A stretch of DNA of 64,000 nucleotides from Verrucomicrobiia bacterium (GCA_037441425.1 JBBISF010000005.1:6529-70528), one strand, 5' to 3'. Counted from the first letter of the stretch, positions 17,547 to 27,177 are shown. A program made the numbers and translations. Notes: generated from the letters alone by a model not told the origin.

Positions 17547-18992
17547 TTGACTCGCCCGCGGCCCACGCGGCGTTCGTTGGGTTTGCCAGCCGGCGGAGGA
17601 TTATGGCAACATACCGGGAACGTGACGACACGAGCGTTTTTCCTCATGTTGGCGGGTGTGTTGTGTTTGGGCCAGATGCCAGCCGGCCCGCCAGAAGTAC
17701 CGGCAAGGCCCCTCGACAAATGGTTCGCGGCCGATGGCCAGCTTTGGCAATCGTCGCCAGATGAATTCCTAGCGCAGCATCGTCAGGACGGATTCCGGAT
17801 GGTGGCGGAGGGCGCGTCGGCGGCGCGTAGTATGAACCCGGAAATGACGTTCCTTGGGTTCAAGGTATGGGAGGCGATTGTGCGTTTCGAGAGCAATTCG
17901 GTCAGCGAGGTGACGTTCTCGCTGTACAACCGCGGCGATGCGGGGGAGTGGACGGTGGGCCAGTTCGAGTCGTTCATGGGCAAGCTGAATCATCAGCTCA
18001 CCGCTTGGGCTGGCGACAAGGGGGTCCAGATGCGCGCGGAGGAACGCACGGCAGCGGTCACGTTGAATCGCAAGTTGTGGGTGCGTCCGCCGCAACAGGT
18101 CGAGATGATTTGGAGTTTTACCGCCAAGAGCAAAGTACAAGGTACGGCTGCGCCTCGTCCGGAATTCGCGCGGGTGCAACTGACCCGGTTTGATCCCGCA
18201 CACGACCCGCGCAAGTTGGTGTTCGCCACCGCCACGTTACCGGGGATGCCAATGACCATTTTGGATTTGCGCGCCCGCGTCAAACAGGCCGGCACCGGCG
18301 ACGTGCTGATCGACAGTGTGCCGATGGTGGATCAGGGCCAAAAAGGTTACTGCGCGGCCGCCGTCGCGGAGCGCATTTTGCGGTACTACGGACGAAACGT
18401 GGACGAGCACGAGATTGCCCAACTGGCCAACACCACCGCCGAAAACGGCACCAACCCGGATCAGATGATCACCGCATTGCGCCGCATCAGCGGCGACCTC
18501 GGTCTGGACGTCACGGTTCACGAAGATTTCAACCTGAAAGACTTCGAGAAGCTTATCAACGACTACAACCGCGCCGCCCACCGGGTGGGTCGGCCGGAGT
18601 TGCAATACAAGACGCAGATCGGCAACACGATTTACATCGAGTCACCGGTGGTGATCTATCAACAGATGGATACCGCCTTGTTGAAGGAGGTTCGGATCAA
18701 GCGCGACGCGGCCATGGCGCGATTCCTGACCGACATCGAGCACTTCATCAACAACGGCGTGCCGCTGGCGTGGGCGGTCATGGTCGGCAAACTGCCGGAG
18801 AAACCCAACGTCCACCTCGTCGGGATCGGTGCCCACATGCGGTTGATCATCGGTTACAACGACCGCGCGAAGGAAATTCTCTACACCGACACATGGGGGC
18901 CGGGTCACGAAGAGAAACGCATGTCGCTGGCGGACGCCTGGACGATCACCCTCGGTCTTTACAGCGTCCAGCCGAGCGACATCCGGTTCTAA
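17547..18992 (+). CDS. secreted/membrane-anchored protein with C-terminal C39-like (papain-fold) cysteine peptidase domain
   Basis: VDQGQKGYCAAAVAERILRYYG resembles the C39 Cys motif (Q..CG.A.L.M...YYG), followed by a His region GIGAHMRLIIGY. The N-terminal hydrophobic segment LMLAGVLCLG suggests a signal or anchor. Start is uncertain (17547 or downstream). Confidence 0.65.
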   Translation: MTRPRPTRRSLGLPAGGGLWQHTGNVTTRAFFLMLAGVLCLGQMPAGPPEVPARPLDKWFAADGQLWQSSPDEFLAQHRQDGFRMVAEGASAARSMNPEMTFLGFKVWEAIVRFESNSVSEVTFSLYNRGDAGEWTVGQFESFMGKLNHQLTAWAGDKGVQMRAEERTAAVTLNRKLWVRPPQQVEMIWSFTAKSKVQGTAAPRPEFARVQLTRFDPAHDPRKLVFATATLPGMPMTILDLRARVKQAGTGDVLIDSVPMVDQGQKGYCAAAVAERILRYYGRNVDEHEIAQLANTTAENGTNPDQMITALRRISGDLGLDVTVHEDFNLKDFEKLINDYNRAAHRVGRPELQYKTQIGNTIYIESPVVIYQQMDTALLKEVRIKRDAAMARFLTDIEHFINNGVPLAWAVMVGKLPEKPNVHLVGIGAHMRLIIGYNDRAKEILYTDTWGPGHEEKRMSLADAWTITLGLYSVQPSDIRF

Positions 18993-19078
18993 ACGGGTGT
19001 CGTTCGGGCTTGACTGACCTGCACCCCTGAAACTGGACATGACGTTGCCCCCAACGCTGGACACTAGCGACTCAAGAT

Positions 19079-19600
19079 TTCCGCGCGTGGCAGCCTTCGG
19101 GTTGTAGTCCTCCCGCCACGCGGCCAATTTCTGGCGGGCATTGTCCAAGCCAAAGAACAAATGCACGTTCAGACACCCATCCCGCAGTCGCCCATTGAAA
19201 CTTTCAATGCAGCCGTTCTCCGTCGGCTTGTCCGGCCGGATGAATGCCCAACTGCCCGCCGCTGCCTTTCTCGTACTCCCGGATCGCAAACTCGAACAAC
19301 CGGGGACCGTTGGCGTCCAGATGTCGCAACACCGCGTGATTCAACTCGTGGAGCACCGTGGACGGATCGGCCTTGCCGTCCGCCAGTTCCAAAATATGAC
19401 CGTTCAACACCGGATCGAACACCAGCGCCCCGCGCACCGACCCGCCGACTTATCCCCACTGATTCTGCGAACACCCCGGACCAGTTCGGACAACGGGACG
19501 CCCAGATTATCCGCCACCCGGCCCCAGACCTCCTGCCGGATACCCAATCGTGATTCAACGCGTACCTAGTCTTCGTGCCGGTGAGCTTGTCCACCCACCT
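19079..19600 (-). mobile_element. decayed IS transposase remnant (rve integrase-core fragments, frameshifted)
   Basis: Minus-strand frames give LRHLDANGPRLFEFAIREYEKG (like ..hsDnGpeF..), then after a frame change FIRPDKPTENGCIESFNGRLRDGCLNVHLFFGLDNARQKLAAWREDYNPK (like kP.qNg.iErfN.tlr.E.l....w...YN..RpH). No intact ORF and no terminal inverted repeats were identified. Confidence 0.5.
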
Positions 19601-19703
19601 GCCCGGCCGCGCATTCTTGAACGGCTCGTGGCCGGCGTTGTCCAACTCCGGCAGGATGAGCGCACACAGCAACAATACCGCCGCGTGATTTCCGGCATGG
19701 AGA

Positions 19704-20927
19704 ATGACGGCGCGTTGGCATTGGTTGGCGCAGTTGCCCAAGACGGTCATCGTGATGACCGCCGGGGTCTTGCTGCTTGTGCTGGGTCTGATTGATTATC
19801 GGGCGGGCCACGATGTCGCTATTTCCGCCTTTTACTTGTTACCCATCTGTTGGACGACGTGGTACGTCGGCCGGACCTGCGGCGTCACGTTCGCGTGCCT
19901 CGCGGTGCTGGTCTGGCTGATCTGCGATTGGCTGAACGCGATCGACCACAATCATCCGTTTGTGCTGGAATGGAACGCCATCATGCTGCTGATTTTGTTC
20001 CTGAGCGTGGTGTACCTGTTAGCGGCTTTCCAATCGGCAAAGGAACATCTGGAGACCACCGTCGCCCGCCGCACGCAAGCCCTGCAAAATGAAGTCACCG
20101 AGCGCGAACGCGCGCAGGAGCGCCTGCTGGAGTCCAACCGGGAATTGGCCGCCAGCCGCGAGAAAGCTGAAGATGCGCTCGTTCAACTCCAGCGTTCCCA
20201 CGACGAACTCAAGGTCGCGCAGTGGCAACTGCTTGAGGCCGCGAAGATGGAATCGGTTGGCCGCCTGGCCGCCGGCATCGCCCATGAAGTCAAAAATCCG
20301 CTGGCGGTTGTCGGCGTCGGCGCCGCCTACCTCAAGCAACACCTGCCGGTACAGGATGAAAATGTGGGCAACACCCTGCGCGAAATCGAAGCCGCCGTGG
20401 ACCGCGCCGACGCCGTCGTCAGCGATTTGCTCGATTTGTCCACTCCCCGGGAATTGGAACTCAAACCGCAAGTACTCAACGGGCTCATCGAAAAATCGCT
20501 CGCCATGGTGAGACACGAATTGATGAAAACGCGGATCAAGACCGAGTTGGAATTATGCGCGGACGCGCCTGCCTTGTGGTTGGACAATCACAAAATGGAG
20601 CAGGTGCTCATCAACCTGTTCACTAACGCCATCCACGCCATGTCGCGCGGGGGCACTCTCACCGTGCGCACCCGGCTGGGGGAAAAACTTGCGACTGAAC
20701 CCAACCGCGCCGCGGTCGCCATCGAAGTGGATGATACCGGCGTGGGTGTCCCCGAAGGTCAACTCGCGCGCATTTTCGATCCGTTCTTTACGACGAAAAC
20801 CGCGGGGCAGGGGACCGGTTTGGGGTTAACCGTCAGCCGCAAGATCGTCCAACTCCACGGCGGCACGATTACCGCTTATAACCGCCCCGAGGGTGGCTTC
20901 CGCGTCCGCATTCTCCTGCCGGTATGA
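19704..20927 (+). CDS. sensor histidine kinase (membrane domain, coiled coil, HisKA, HATPase_c)
   Basis: Several N-terminal TM segments. H-box ESVGRLAAGIAHEVKNPLA, N-box LINLFTNAIHAM and G-boxes DDTGVGV / GTGLGLTVSRKIV. Confidence 0.85.
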   Translation: MTARWHWLAQLPKTVIVMTAGVLLLVLGLIDYRAGHDVAISAFYLLPICWTTWYVGRTCGVTFACLAVLVWLICDWLNAIDHNHPFVLEWNAIMLLILFLSVVYLLAAFQSAKEHLETTVARRTQALQNEVTERERAQERLLESNRELAASREKAEDALVQLQRSHDELKVAQWQLLEAAKMESVGRLAAGIAHEVKNPLAVVGVGAAYLKQHLPVQDENVGNTLREIEAAVDRADAVVSDLLDLSTPRELELKPQVLNGLIEKSLAMVRHELMKTRIKTELELCADAPALWLDNHKMEQVLINLFTNAIHAMSRGGTLTVRTRLGEKLATEPNRAAVAIEVDDTGVGVPEGQLARIFDPFFTTKTAGQGTGLGLTVSRKIVQLHGGTITAYNRPEGGFRVRILLPV

Positions 20928-21352
20928 AGCCCCGGATCCTGATCATTGATGACGAGCCGGGCTTCGCGACTCTGTTGAAGCGGTTGCTCGAGGACTTGGA
21001 GCTTTACGAGGTGCGCATCGCCACGACAGGCCGTGAGGGCCTCGCCGCCGCCCGCGACTTTCGTCCACACCTGATCCTGCTCGACATGCTGCTACCAGAC
21101 ATGAACGGCGGCGAAGTCAGCCAAATGCTCGCCGCGGATTCGGCGCTGCGCGACGCACGGATCGTCTTCTTGACTGCGCTCAGTGCCCGGCAACAAACCC
21201 TGCGTTACGTCGGTGGCCGCCCGCTGCTGGCGAAGTCCGGCAAGATCGATCCCCTGTTGGCGTTCATCCGCGATCAACTCGAGGGCCACATCGCTCAAAA
21301 CGCGCGGGCGCGCCGAACGGTCAAAGCGGATCCGGAGCCGCGCCCATCGTAG
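20924..21352 (+). CDS. single-domain response regulator (receiver only)
   Basis: MKPRILIIDDEPGF...HLILLDMLLPDMNGGEV is a REC domain with the phospho-acceptor Asp in LLDMLLPD. ATGA overlap with the kinase gene. Confidence 0.85.
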   Translation: MKPRILIIDDEPGFATLLKRLLEDLELYEVRIATTGREGLAAARDFRPHLILLDMLLPDMNGGEVSQMLAADSALRDARIVFLTALSARQQTLRYVGGRPLLAKSGKIDPLLAFIRDQLEGHIAQNARARRTVKADPEPRPS

Positions 21353-21359
21353 ATGGTTG

Positions 21360-22511
21360 TCAGGCCAGTCGTTTGCGGAAGCGCAGCGCGCAGAGCGCGA
21401 ACAGAACGACACTCATGACAACGAGCACCGTCAGGTTGCCCCAAAACTCCCGCAGGGTCGCGCCGCGCAGGATGATGCCGCGCATCAGTTCGATGAAATA
21501 GGTCAGCGGCAGCACGGTGCTGATGGCGTAGAAAATCCACGGCAAGGTTTCCCGCGGAAAGATGAACCCGCTGAAGAAGATCGAGGGGAGCATGATCGCC
21601 ATGCTCATTTGCATGGCTTCGTTCTGGGTCTGCGCCTTGGTGGAGACCAGCAAACCCAGGCTGGCGAGGGCGAAGATGTAGAAGAAAGCCGAGATGATCA
21701 GCGCCCCGAGGTTGCCGCGGATCGGCACGAAGAACACCCACCGCAGGATCGCAAACAGGATCAGTGCCATGGTCATCGAAATACAAAGATACGGCACCAG
21801 CTTGCCCAACATCAGCCCCCAGCGCGACATCGGGCTGACGAGCAGGTTTTCCAGGGTGCCGCGCTCCCGTTCGCGCACGACAGACATCGCCACCGCGAAC
21901 ACGGTCGCGATCTGCAGCGCGGTGCCGATGACACCGGGCACGAAGAAGTTGGGGGCGCGCATGTCCGGGTTGTAGAGGACTTGCGGGCGGACTTCGACGG
22001 GGAGGTCGGGGATGCCGGAAGGACCGGGTGGAGCGCCCGGGGAACGGGCGTTGCCGGATAGCAGAATCTGGGCGGATTGGCGGAAGCCGATGCTGAGCGC
22101 GGTGTTGAGGGCCTGAAGGGCGGTGGTCGAGTTCGAGCCGTCGATCAGCACTTGGACGGTGGCTTTGCGGCCGGCGCGCAGTTGCCGGGTGAAATCCGGT
22201 GGAATGTCCAGTCCGGCATAGGCTTTGCCACGGCGCACCATCGCCGTTAACTCCGCGACACTGTTGACTTGAGCCACCACGCGGAAGGTCTGGGTGTTGA
22301 CGAACGCATCAATGAGTTGCCGGCTTTCCTGGGTGCGATCCTCGTCGTACACCGCCATGGCCATGTGCTTCACATCGTTGTCGAGCGCGAATCCAAAGGC
22401 GATGATCTGCACCAGCGGCGGGAAGAACATGAAGAACAACGTCATCCGGTCGCGCAGGATAATGATGAATTCCTTGTACAGGATGGCGCGAAATCCCCGG
22501 AAGATATTCAT
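21360..22511 (-). CDS. ABC-2 family transporter permease
   Basis: 383 aa with an N-terminal TM followed by a large extracytoplasmic loop and a 5-TM ABC-2 core. Overlaps the ATPase gene by 4 nt. Confidence 0.8.
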   Translation of the reverse strand: MNIFRGFRAILYKEFIIILRDRMTLFFMFFPPLVQIIAFGFALDNDVKHMAMAVYDEDRTQESRQLIDAFVNTQTFRVVAQVNSVAELTAMVRRGKAYAGLDIPPDFTRQLRAGRKATVQVLIDGSNSTTALQALNTALSIGFRQSAQILLSGNARSPGAPPGPSGIPDLPVEVRPQVLYNPDMRAPNFFVPGVIGTALQIATVFAVAMSVVRERERGTLENLLVSPMSRWGLMLGKLVPYLCISMTMALILFAILRWVFFVPIRGNLGALIISAFFYIFALASLGLLVSTKAQTQNEAMQMSMAIMLPSIFFSGFIFPRETLPWIFYAISTVLPLTYFIELMRGIILRGATLREFWGNLTVLVVMSVVLFALCALRFRKRLA

Positions 22512-23449
22512 GGGTGTCCTCCGGTGGCGTGCTTCGTTGTCAACGTCACGAACACATCCTCCAGTGACGGCGCGATGGGCCGGATGTCGGCTTCGTGGAT
22601 GTGCGCTTCCTGCAGCCGGGCACGAATGGCCTCGTCGGGCAGGGATTGGTCCACCAACAAGTGCATGGATTGGCCAAACACCGTCGCGGCGCGCATGCCC
22701 GGTAATTGCCGCACCGCTTGCAGGCCAACGGTCACGTGGTCGCAGGTGACATCGAGTCGCCGCGCGCCGGCAGGGTTGACTTCGGGCAGTTGTTTCAAAT
22801 CGTCCGGCTCGCCGCAGATGATCAGCTTGGACATGTAGATGTAGCCGACGTGCGAGCAGCGTTCGGCTTCGTCCATATAATGCGTGGTGACAAACAGCGT
22901 CATGCCGTGGCTGGAAAATTCAAAGAGCAAATCCCACAGTTCGCGGCGGGCGACGGGATCAATGCCGGCGGTCGGTTCGTCGAGAAAGAGCACGGTCGGT
23001 TTATGGACGAGCGCGCAGGCCATCGCGAGGCGTTGGCGCCAGCCGCCGGAGAGCAGGCCGGCCCGGCGATTGAGATAGGGTTCGATGTGGGTGAGGGCGA
23101 CGAGTTCGTCGCGGCGTTGGCGGAGGGCCGCACCGCGCAGGCCGTAGAGCCGGCCATAGAACAGCAGGTTCTCTTCCACGGTCAACTCGTCGTACAGCGA
23201 GAACTTCTGGGACATGTAACCGATTGCGCCTTTGATCTGTTCGGTTTGCCGGGTCACGTCCAGCCCGGCGATGCGTCCCGTGCCGCTGGAAGGTTCGAGG
23301 ATGCCGCAGAGCAGGCGGATGACGGTGGTCTTGCCGGAACCGTTCGGGCCGAGGAAACCGAAGATGGAGCGTTGGCCGACCTGGAAGCTGACGTTATCGA
23401 CGGCGGTGAACTCACCGAAACGTTTGGTGAGGTTCGCGCACTCGATCAT
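22508..23449 (-). CDS. ABC transporter ATP-binding protein
   Basis: Walker A GPNGSGKTT, signature LSGGWRQRL and Walker B LFLDEPTAGID. The start is taken at the internal ATG (MIECANLTKRFG) at 23449; the track ORF's basic 55-aa leader is probably untranslated. Confidence 0.85.
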   Translation of the reverse strand: MIECANLTKRFGEFTAVDNVSFQVGQRSIFGFLGPNGSGKTTVIRLLCGILEPSSGTGRIAGLDVTRQTEQIKGAIGYMSQKFSLYDELTVEENLLFYGRLYGLRGAALRQRRDELVALTHIEPYLNRRAGLLSGGWRQRLAMACALVHKPTVLFLDEPTAGIDPVARRELWDLLFEFSSHGMTLFVTTHYMDEAERCSHVGYIYMSKLIICGEPDDLKQLPEVNPAGARRLDVTCDHVTVGLQAVRQLPGMRAATVFGQSMHLLVDQSLPDEAIRARLQEAHIHEADIRPIAPSLEDVFVTLTTKHATGGHP

Positions 23450-23463
23450 GACCTCCGGGGCGC

Positions 23464-23790
23464 TCACGTCCGGATCATGGTCAACATCATCTTGAACCGG
23501 GTGGGCGCGTGGAGCGCGTGCGGTTTGTTGGCCGGCATGATGATCATGTCGCCGGTCGCGACGCGGTGCGGTTTGCCGGCAATGGTGATCGCGGCTTCGC
23601 CGTCGAGCACGCACACCAGCGCGTCGAACGGCGCAGTGTGTTCGCTCAGCCCCTGGCCTTCGGCGAAGGCGAACAGGGTGACGCTGCCGGTTTGTTTATG
23701 GAGGATTTCCCGGCTGACTACCGCGCCGGCTTGATAATCCACGAGTTCGACGAGCTTCAACGTTTTGGCGGTGAGTTGTTTTTTATTCAT
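23464..23790 (-). CDS. cupin-domain protein
   Basis: 108 aa with two-His cupin motifs (GLSEHTAPFDALVCVLDGEA ... GDMIIMPANKPHAL). It sits inside the efflux operon, overlapping the MFP gene end by 4 nt. Confidence 0.65.
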   Translation of the reverse strand: MNKKQLTAKTLKLVELVDYQAGAVVSREILHKQTGSVTLFAFAEGQGLSEHTAPFDALVCVLDGEAAITIAGKPHRVATGDMIIMPANKPHALHAPTRFKMMLTMIRT

Positions 23791-24758
23791 TTTGGAATCG
23801 GGGGGACGTTGGGGAACAATACGTCGGCGGACATGCCGGCGCGGAGTTGGTCTGCGGTGTTGGGGAGACGCACTTTCACGCCGAAGACTTGTTTGATCCG
23901 GTCGCTGACGGTTTGGACGTTGCGCGGAGTGAATTCGGCGACGCGATTGACCTGTTCCACGTCGCCTTCAAAATCGCGGTCGGGGAAGGCGTCCACACGC
24001 ACCCGGACTTTCTGGCCGATCTGGATGTGCCCCAGCCAGACTTCCGGGACGTACACGCGCACCCAGAGCCGGTTGCGGAAGATGAGCGTGGCGGCCGGTT
24101 GGTTGGGAGCCAGCACGTCGCCGACTTTGATGTTGAGGGTTTCGAGGGTGAAGGGAGGAAAATCGGTCTTGGTGGTGGCATCGCGAGGTGTGCAAATCCG
24201 CATCTCGTTCAATTGCGCGTCCAACTCAGCCAGCCGGGCTTTGGCTTGGGCGATTTCTTCGGGACGGGTGCCGGTTTTCAAGAGGAGATAACGTTGCTCC
24301 GCTGCGGCGAGATTTTTCGCGAGCGCGTCGGCGTGGCTGGTGGCTTGATCGCGTTCGGTGGCGGAAATGGTTTTGGCGGTGAACAGTTCTTCGGCGCGTT
24401 TGGCCTCGGTCTTGGCGAAGATCAACTGCGCATCGAGCGCATCCCGGTCAGCAAGGGCGGCGGCGATTTCTTGGGGACGGGGACCGTTTTCGAGTTCCTG
24501 AAGATTGGCGGCGGCTTCGTCACGGCGGGCGGCGAGTTCGGCGGCATCGAGTTCGGCAATCCATGCGCCGTTGGTCAGGGCATCACCTTCGTCGGCATAA
24601 ATCTTTTCGACCCGGCCGCCATACCGGGAGGCGACCTGGGTTTCGTCGGTTTCGATGGTGCCGGAAACGCTGCGGGTGCCGGGATGGCGCCGGGAGAGCG
24701 ACCAGAACAGCGCGGCCAGACCAAGCAGCACGAGCGCGACGATCAGGACCTTTTTCAC
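23787..24758 (-). CDS. HlyD-family membrane fusion protein
   Basis: N-terminal TM VLIVALVLLGLAALFW, then a biotinyl/lipoyl-like domain (GTIETDETQVASRYGGRVEKIYADEGD), a coiled coil and a beta-barrel. A GTG start at 24758 avoids overlap with divergent terC; the alternative start at 24875 is possible. Confidence 0.8.
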   Translation of the reverse strand: MKKVLIVALVLLGLAALFWSLSRRHPGTRSVSGTIETDETQVASRYGGRVEKIYADEGDALTNGAWIAELDAAELAARRDEAAANLQELENGPRPQEIAAALADRDALDAQLIFAKTEAKRAEELFTAKTISATERDQATSHADALAKNLAAAEQRYLLLKTGTRPEEIAQAKARLAELDAQLNEMRICTPRDATTKTDFPPFTLETLNIKVGDVLAPNQPAATLIFRNRLWVRVYVPEVWLGHIQIGQKVRVRVDAFPDRDFEGDVEQVNRVAEFTPRNVQTVSDRIKQVFGVKVRLPNTADQLRAGMSADVLFPNVPPIPK

Positions 24759-24816
24759 GGTAGCAGAGCATAACAGAGTGTCGTGGCGCGCGTCCAGATT
24801 CGGTTGACTCCCGTCA

Positions 24817-25761
24817 TTGTGGACAGCAATATCCGGGGCTATGCCGGGATCGATTTGGAAATGGGTGTTCTTCAATCTGTTCGTGTTGGCGATGCTGGCG
24901 CTCGACTTGGGGGTGTTTCATCGCAAGACGCACGCGGTGAAGCTGAAGGAGGCGTTGGGTTGGAGCGCTGTGTGGATCGCGCTGGCCTTGAGCTACAGCG
25001 TGATGATCTACTTCTGGATGGGGCGCGTGAAGGCCCTGGAGTTTTTGACCGGCTACGTCGTCGAGAAGTCGCTGAGTGTGGACAATATTTTCGTCTTCCT
25101 GCTGATCTTCAATTTTTTCCGGGTGCCGGCGACGTATCAACACAAGGTGTTATTCTGGGGTATCCTCGGAGCATTGGTGATGCGGGCGGTGTTTATCGCG
25201 TTGGGCGTGACGCTGATCCAACGGTTTGGGTTCATCATCTACTTGTTTGGTGGTTTGTTGATTTACAGCGGGATCAAGATGGCGCTGGGGAAGGAGAAGG
25301 ACGTCCAGCCGGAACACAATCCCGTGCTCCGCCTGTTTCGCAAAGCCTTTCCCGTGACCGCGCAGTACGAAGGCGGTCGTTTCTGGATCCGTCGGGAAAC
25401 GGGATTGCTGGCCACGCCATTGATGGTGGTATTGGTGGTGGTGGAAACGACGGACCTGATCTTTGCCGTGGATTCAATTCCGGCAGTGTTGGCGATTTCG
25501 CACGATCCGTTCATCGTGTACACCTCGAACGTATTCGCCATCTTCGGGTTGCGTGCACTGTATTTTGCGGTGGCTGGAGTCATGGACCTGTTCCATTATC
25601 TGCACTATGGACTGTCGGTCATTCTGGTGTTTGTGGGGGTCAAGATGGTGTGTTCCCATTTCTTCGAAATCCCCATCCATCTGGCGTTGGCTGTGATCGG
25701 CGGGGTGCTGGTGTTGTCGGTCATCGCCTCGTTGGTTTGGCCGAAGAAAAGTTTGGCGTAA
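24817..25761 (+). CDS. terC: TerC-family integral membrane protein
   Basis: 314 aa multipass membrane protein with TerC-like motifs (LSVDNIFVFLLIF ... DSIPAVLAIS). Confidence 0.8.
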   Translation: MWTAISGAMPGSIWKWVFFNLFVLAMLALDLGVFHRKTHAVKLKEALGWSAVWIALALSYSVMIYFWMGRVKALEFLTGYVVEKSLSVDNIFVFLLIFNFFRVPATYQHKVLFWGILGALVMRAVFIALGVTLIQRFGFIIYLFGGLLIYSGIKMALGKEKDVQPEHNPVLRLFRKAFPVTAQYEGGRFWIRRETGLLATPLMVVLVVVETTDLIFAVDSIPAVLAISHDPFIVYTSNVFAIFGLRALYFAVAGVMDLFHYLHYGLSVILVFVGVKMVCSHFFEIPIHLALAVIGGVLVLSVIASLVWPKKSLA

Positions 25762-25821
25762 CGCTCGCAGAGATACATCGGCGGCGTTTACCTGCGTACT
25801 GGTCTTGATGGGAGGCGGGTC

Positions 25822-25853
25822 GGCTTGCGCGCCCCATTGCCCTAGCGCAAGCC
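25822..25853. terminator. GC-rich hairpin between convergent terC and queA (no U-tract)
   Basis: A perfect 9-bp inverted repeat GGCTTGCGC ... GCGCAAGCC flanks a 14-nt loop in the 196-bp convergent intergenic region. It is followed by an A-rich rather than T-rich tract. Confidence 0.25.
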
Positions 25854-25957
25854 AACCCAAAGCGAAAAACGTCAATGACCGGGAAACAACGCCCATGATT
25901 CCCCGTCCAAGTGTTACGCCTGGCTTAATAGCAGGGGGTGCGCCAACGAGCGGCGCG

Positions 25958-26941
25958 CTACAGAATCAACATGCAGTCGCCGTAGCTGTAGAACCGGTAA
26001 CCTGCGCGCACGGCTTCGGCGTACGCGCGTAGAATCAGTTCCCGGCCAGCGAAAGCGGACACCAACATCAACAACGTGGAGCAGGGGAGGTGAAAGTTGG
26101 TGAGCAATGCATCGGTCATGCGAAATTGATAAGGGGGACGGATAAAAATGTCCGTGCTGCCGGTTGCGGCGCGCGGTTCGCCAATCGTTTCCAGCGTCCG
26201 GGCCACGGTCGTGCCGACCGCCACCACCCGGTTGGCTTGTTTGATGGAGTTGGCCGTCGCTTCCGAAACTGAAAATCGTTCCGCGTGCATCTGGTGCTCT
26301 TCGACGTTTTTGACTTTGACGGGCCGGAACGTGCCGATGCCCACGTGCAGCGTGACGAAAGTATGATCAATCCCGGCGACGTGGAGTTGCTGAAGAATTT
26401 CCGGCGTGAAATGCAGGCCGGCAGTCGGCGCGGCAATGGCGCCAGGCGTGTGGGCAAACACTGTCTGATAGCGTTCCAGATCCGCCGTCTCGGCCGTCCG
26501 TTTAATGTATGGGGGCAACGGCGGCGCGCCGTGATGCCGGAGGTACGACTCGACATTGCCCTCGAACCGAATCACGCGCCCGAAATCCGTTTCGCTTTCG
26601 ATGCGGCCGCTGAACCAGGGTGTGAACTGCAATCGTGTGCCGACCTTGGCGCGGTGGCCGGGACGCGCCAGCGCGCTCCACCGGTTATCCCCAAGGTCTT
26701 CGACCAACAGCAATTCCACGTTGGGCGATTGCGCCCAAATCCGTGCCGGAATGACTTTGGTGTCGTTGAGCACGAGCAAGTCGCCCGGTAACAGATGTTG
26801 CTGGAGATTTCGGAACGTATCATGCCGGATTTCGGCTTGGGTCCGATCGATAACCATCATCCGGGACGCTGCGCGGTCGGGCAGGGGATGTTGGGCAATC
26901 AACTCGGGCGGCAGGTCGTAATGGAAGTCGGAAGTCTTCAT
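25958..26941 (-). CDS. queA: S-adenosylmethionine:tRNA ribosyltransferase-isomerase
   Basis: MKTSDFHYDLPPELIAQHPL... is QueA-like across 327 aa. Confidence 0.9.
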   Translation of the reverse strand: MKTSDFHYDLPPELIAQHPLPDRAASRMMVIDRTQAEIRHDTFRNLQQHLLPGDLLVLNDTKVIPARIWAQSPNVELLLVEDLGDNRWSALARPGHRAKVGTRLQFTPWFSGRIESETDFGRVIRFEGNVESYLRHHGAPPLPPYIKRTAETADLERYQTVFAHTPGAIAAPTAGLHFTPEILQQLHVAGIDHTFVTLHVGIGTFRPVKVKNVEEHQMHAERFSVSEATANSIKQANRVVAVGTTVARTLETIGEPRAATGSTDIFIRPPYQFRMTDALLTNFHLPCSTLLMLVSAFAGRELILRAYAEAVRAGYRFYSYGDCMLIL

Positions 26942-27177
26942 CGCTTCCGCAGCAACCAGAAAATCAACGTCAGCACGAGGCTGATCAGGATGCAGGTGGT
27001 GAGCGGGAAGTAGAACTTGAAGTTGTCGTGTTCGACGCGGATGTCACCCGGCAAGCGTCCCAACGGCAGATGCAGCCGGCCGCCCAGCCAGATCAACGCG
27101 CCCAGCAGGGCAATGGCCAGACCGACGGCGATCAGGATTTTGCCCACGTCGTTCATCACTGCGGACAACACCGGCAA
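26938..27177 (-). CDS. DUF2905-like small membrane protein
   Basis: 79 aa; GRLPGDIRVEHDNFKFYFPLTTCILISLVLT matches the DUF2905 pattern. ATGA-type overlap with queA. Confidence 0.55.
   Translation of the reverse strand: MPVLSAVMNDVGKILIAVGLAIALLGALIWLGGRLHLPLGRLPGDIRVEHDNFKFYFPLTTCILISLVLTLIFWLLRKR

Noticed and set aside
23450-23614. 55-aa basic/His-rich N-terminal extension on the ABC ATPase ORF (MRARRRSRDHHCRQ...)
   Set aside because: Low-complexity and not ABC-like. The conserved ATPase begins at the internal ATG (MIECANL...). The extension would also overlap the upstream cupin gene, so it is treated as non-coding read-through of the ORF finder.
24759-24875. Alternative longer start for the HlyD-family gene overlapping the terC start
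   Set aside because: The GTG at 24758 immediately precedes the TM helix and avoids a 59-nt head-to-head overlap with divergent terC. The longer N-terminus (MKNTHFQIDPGIAPD...) has no recognisable function.
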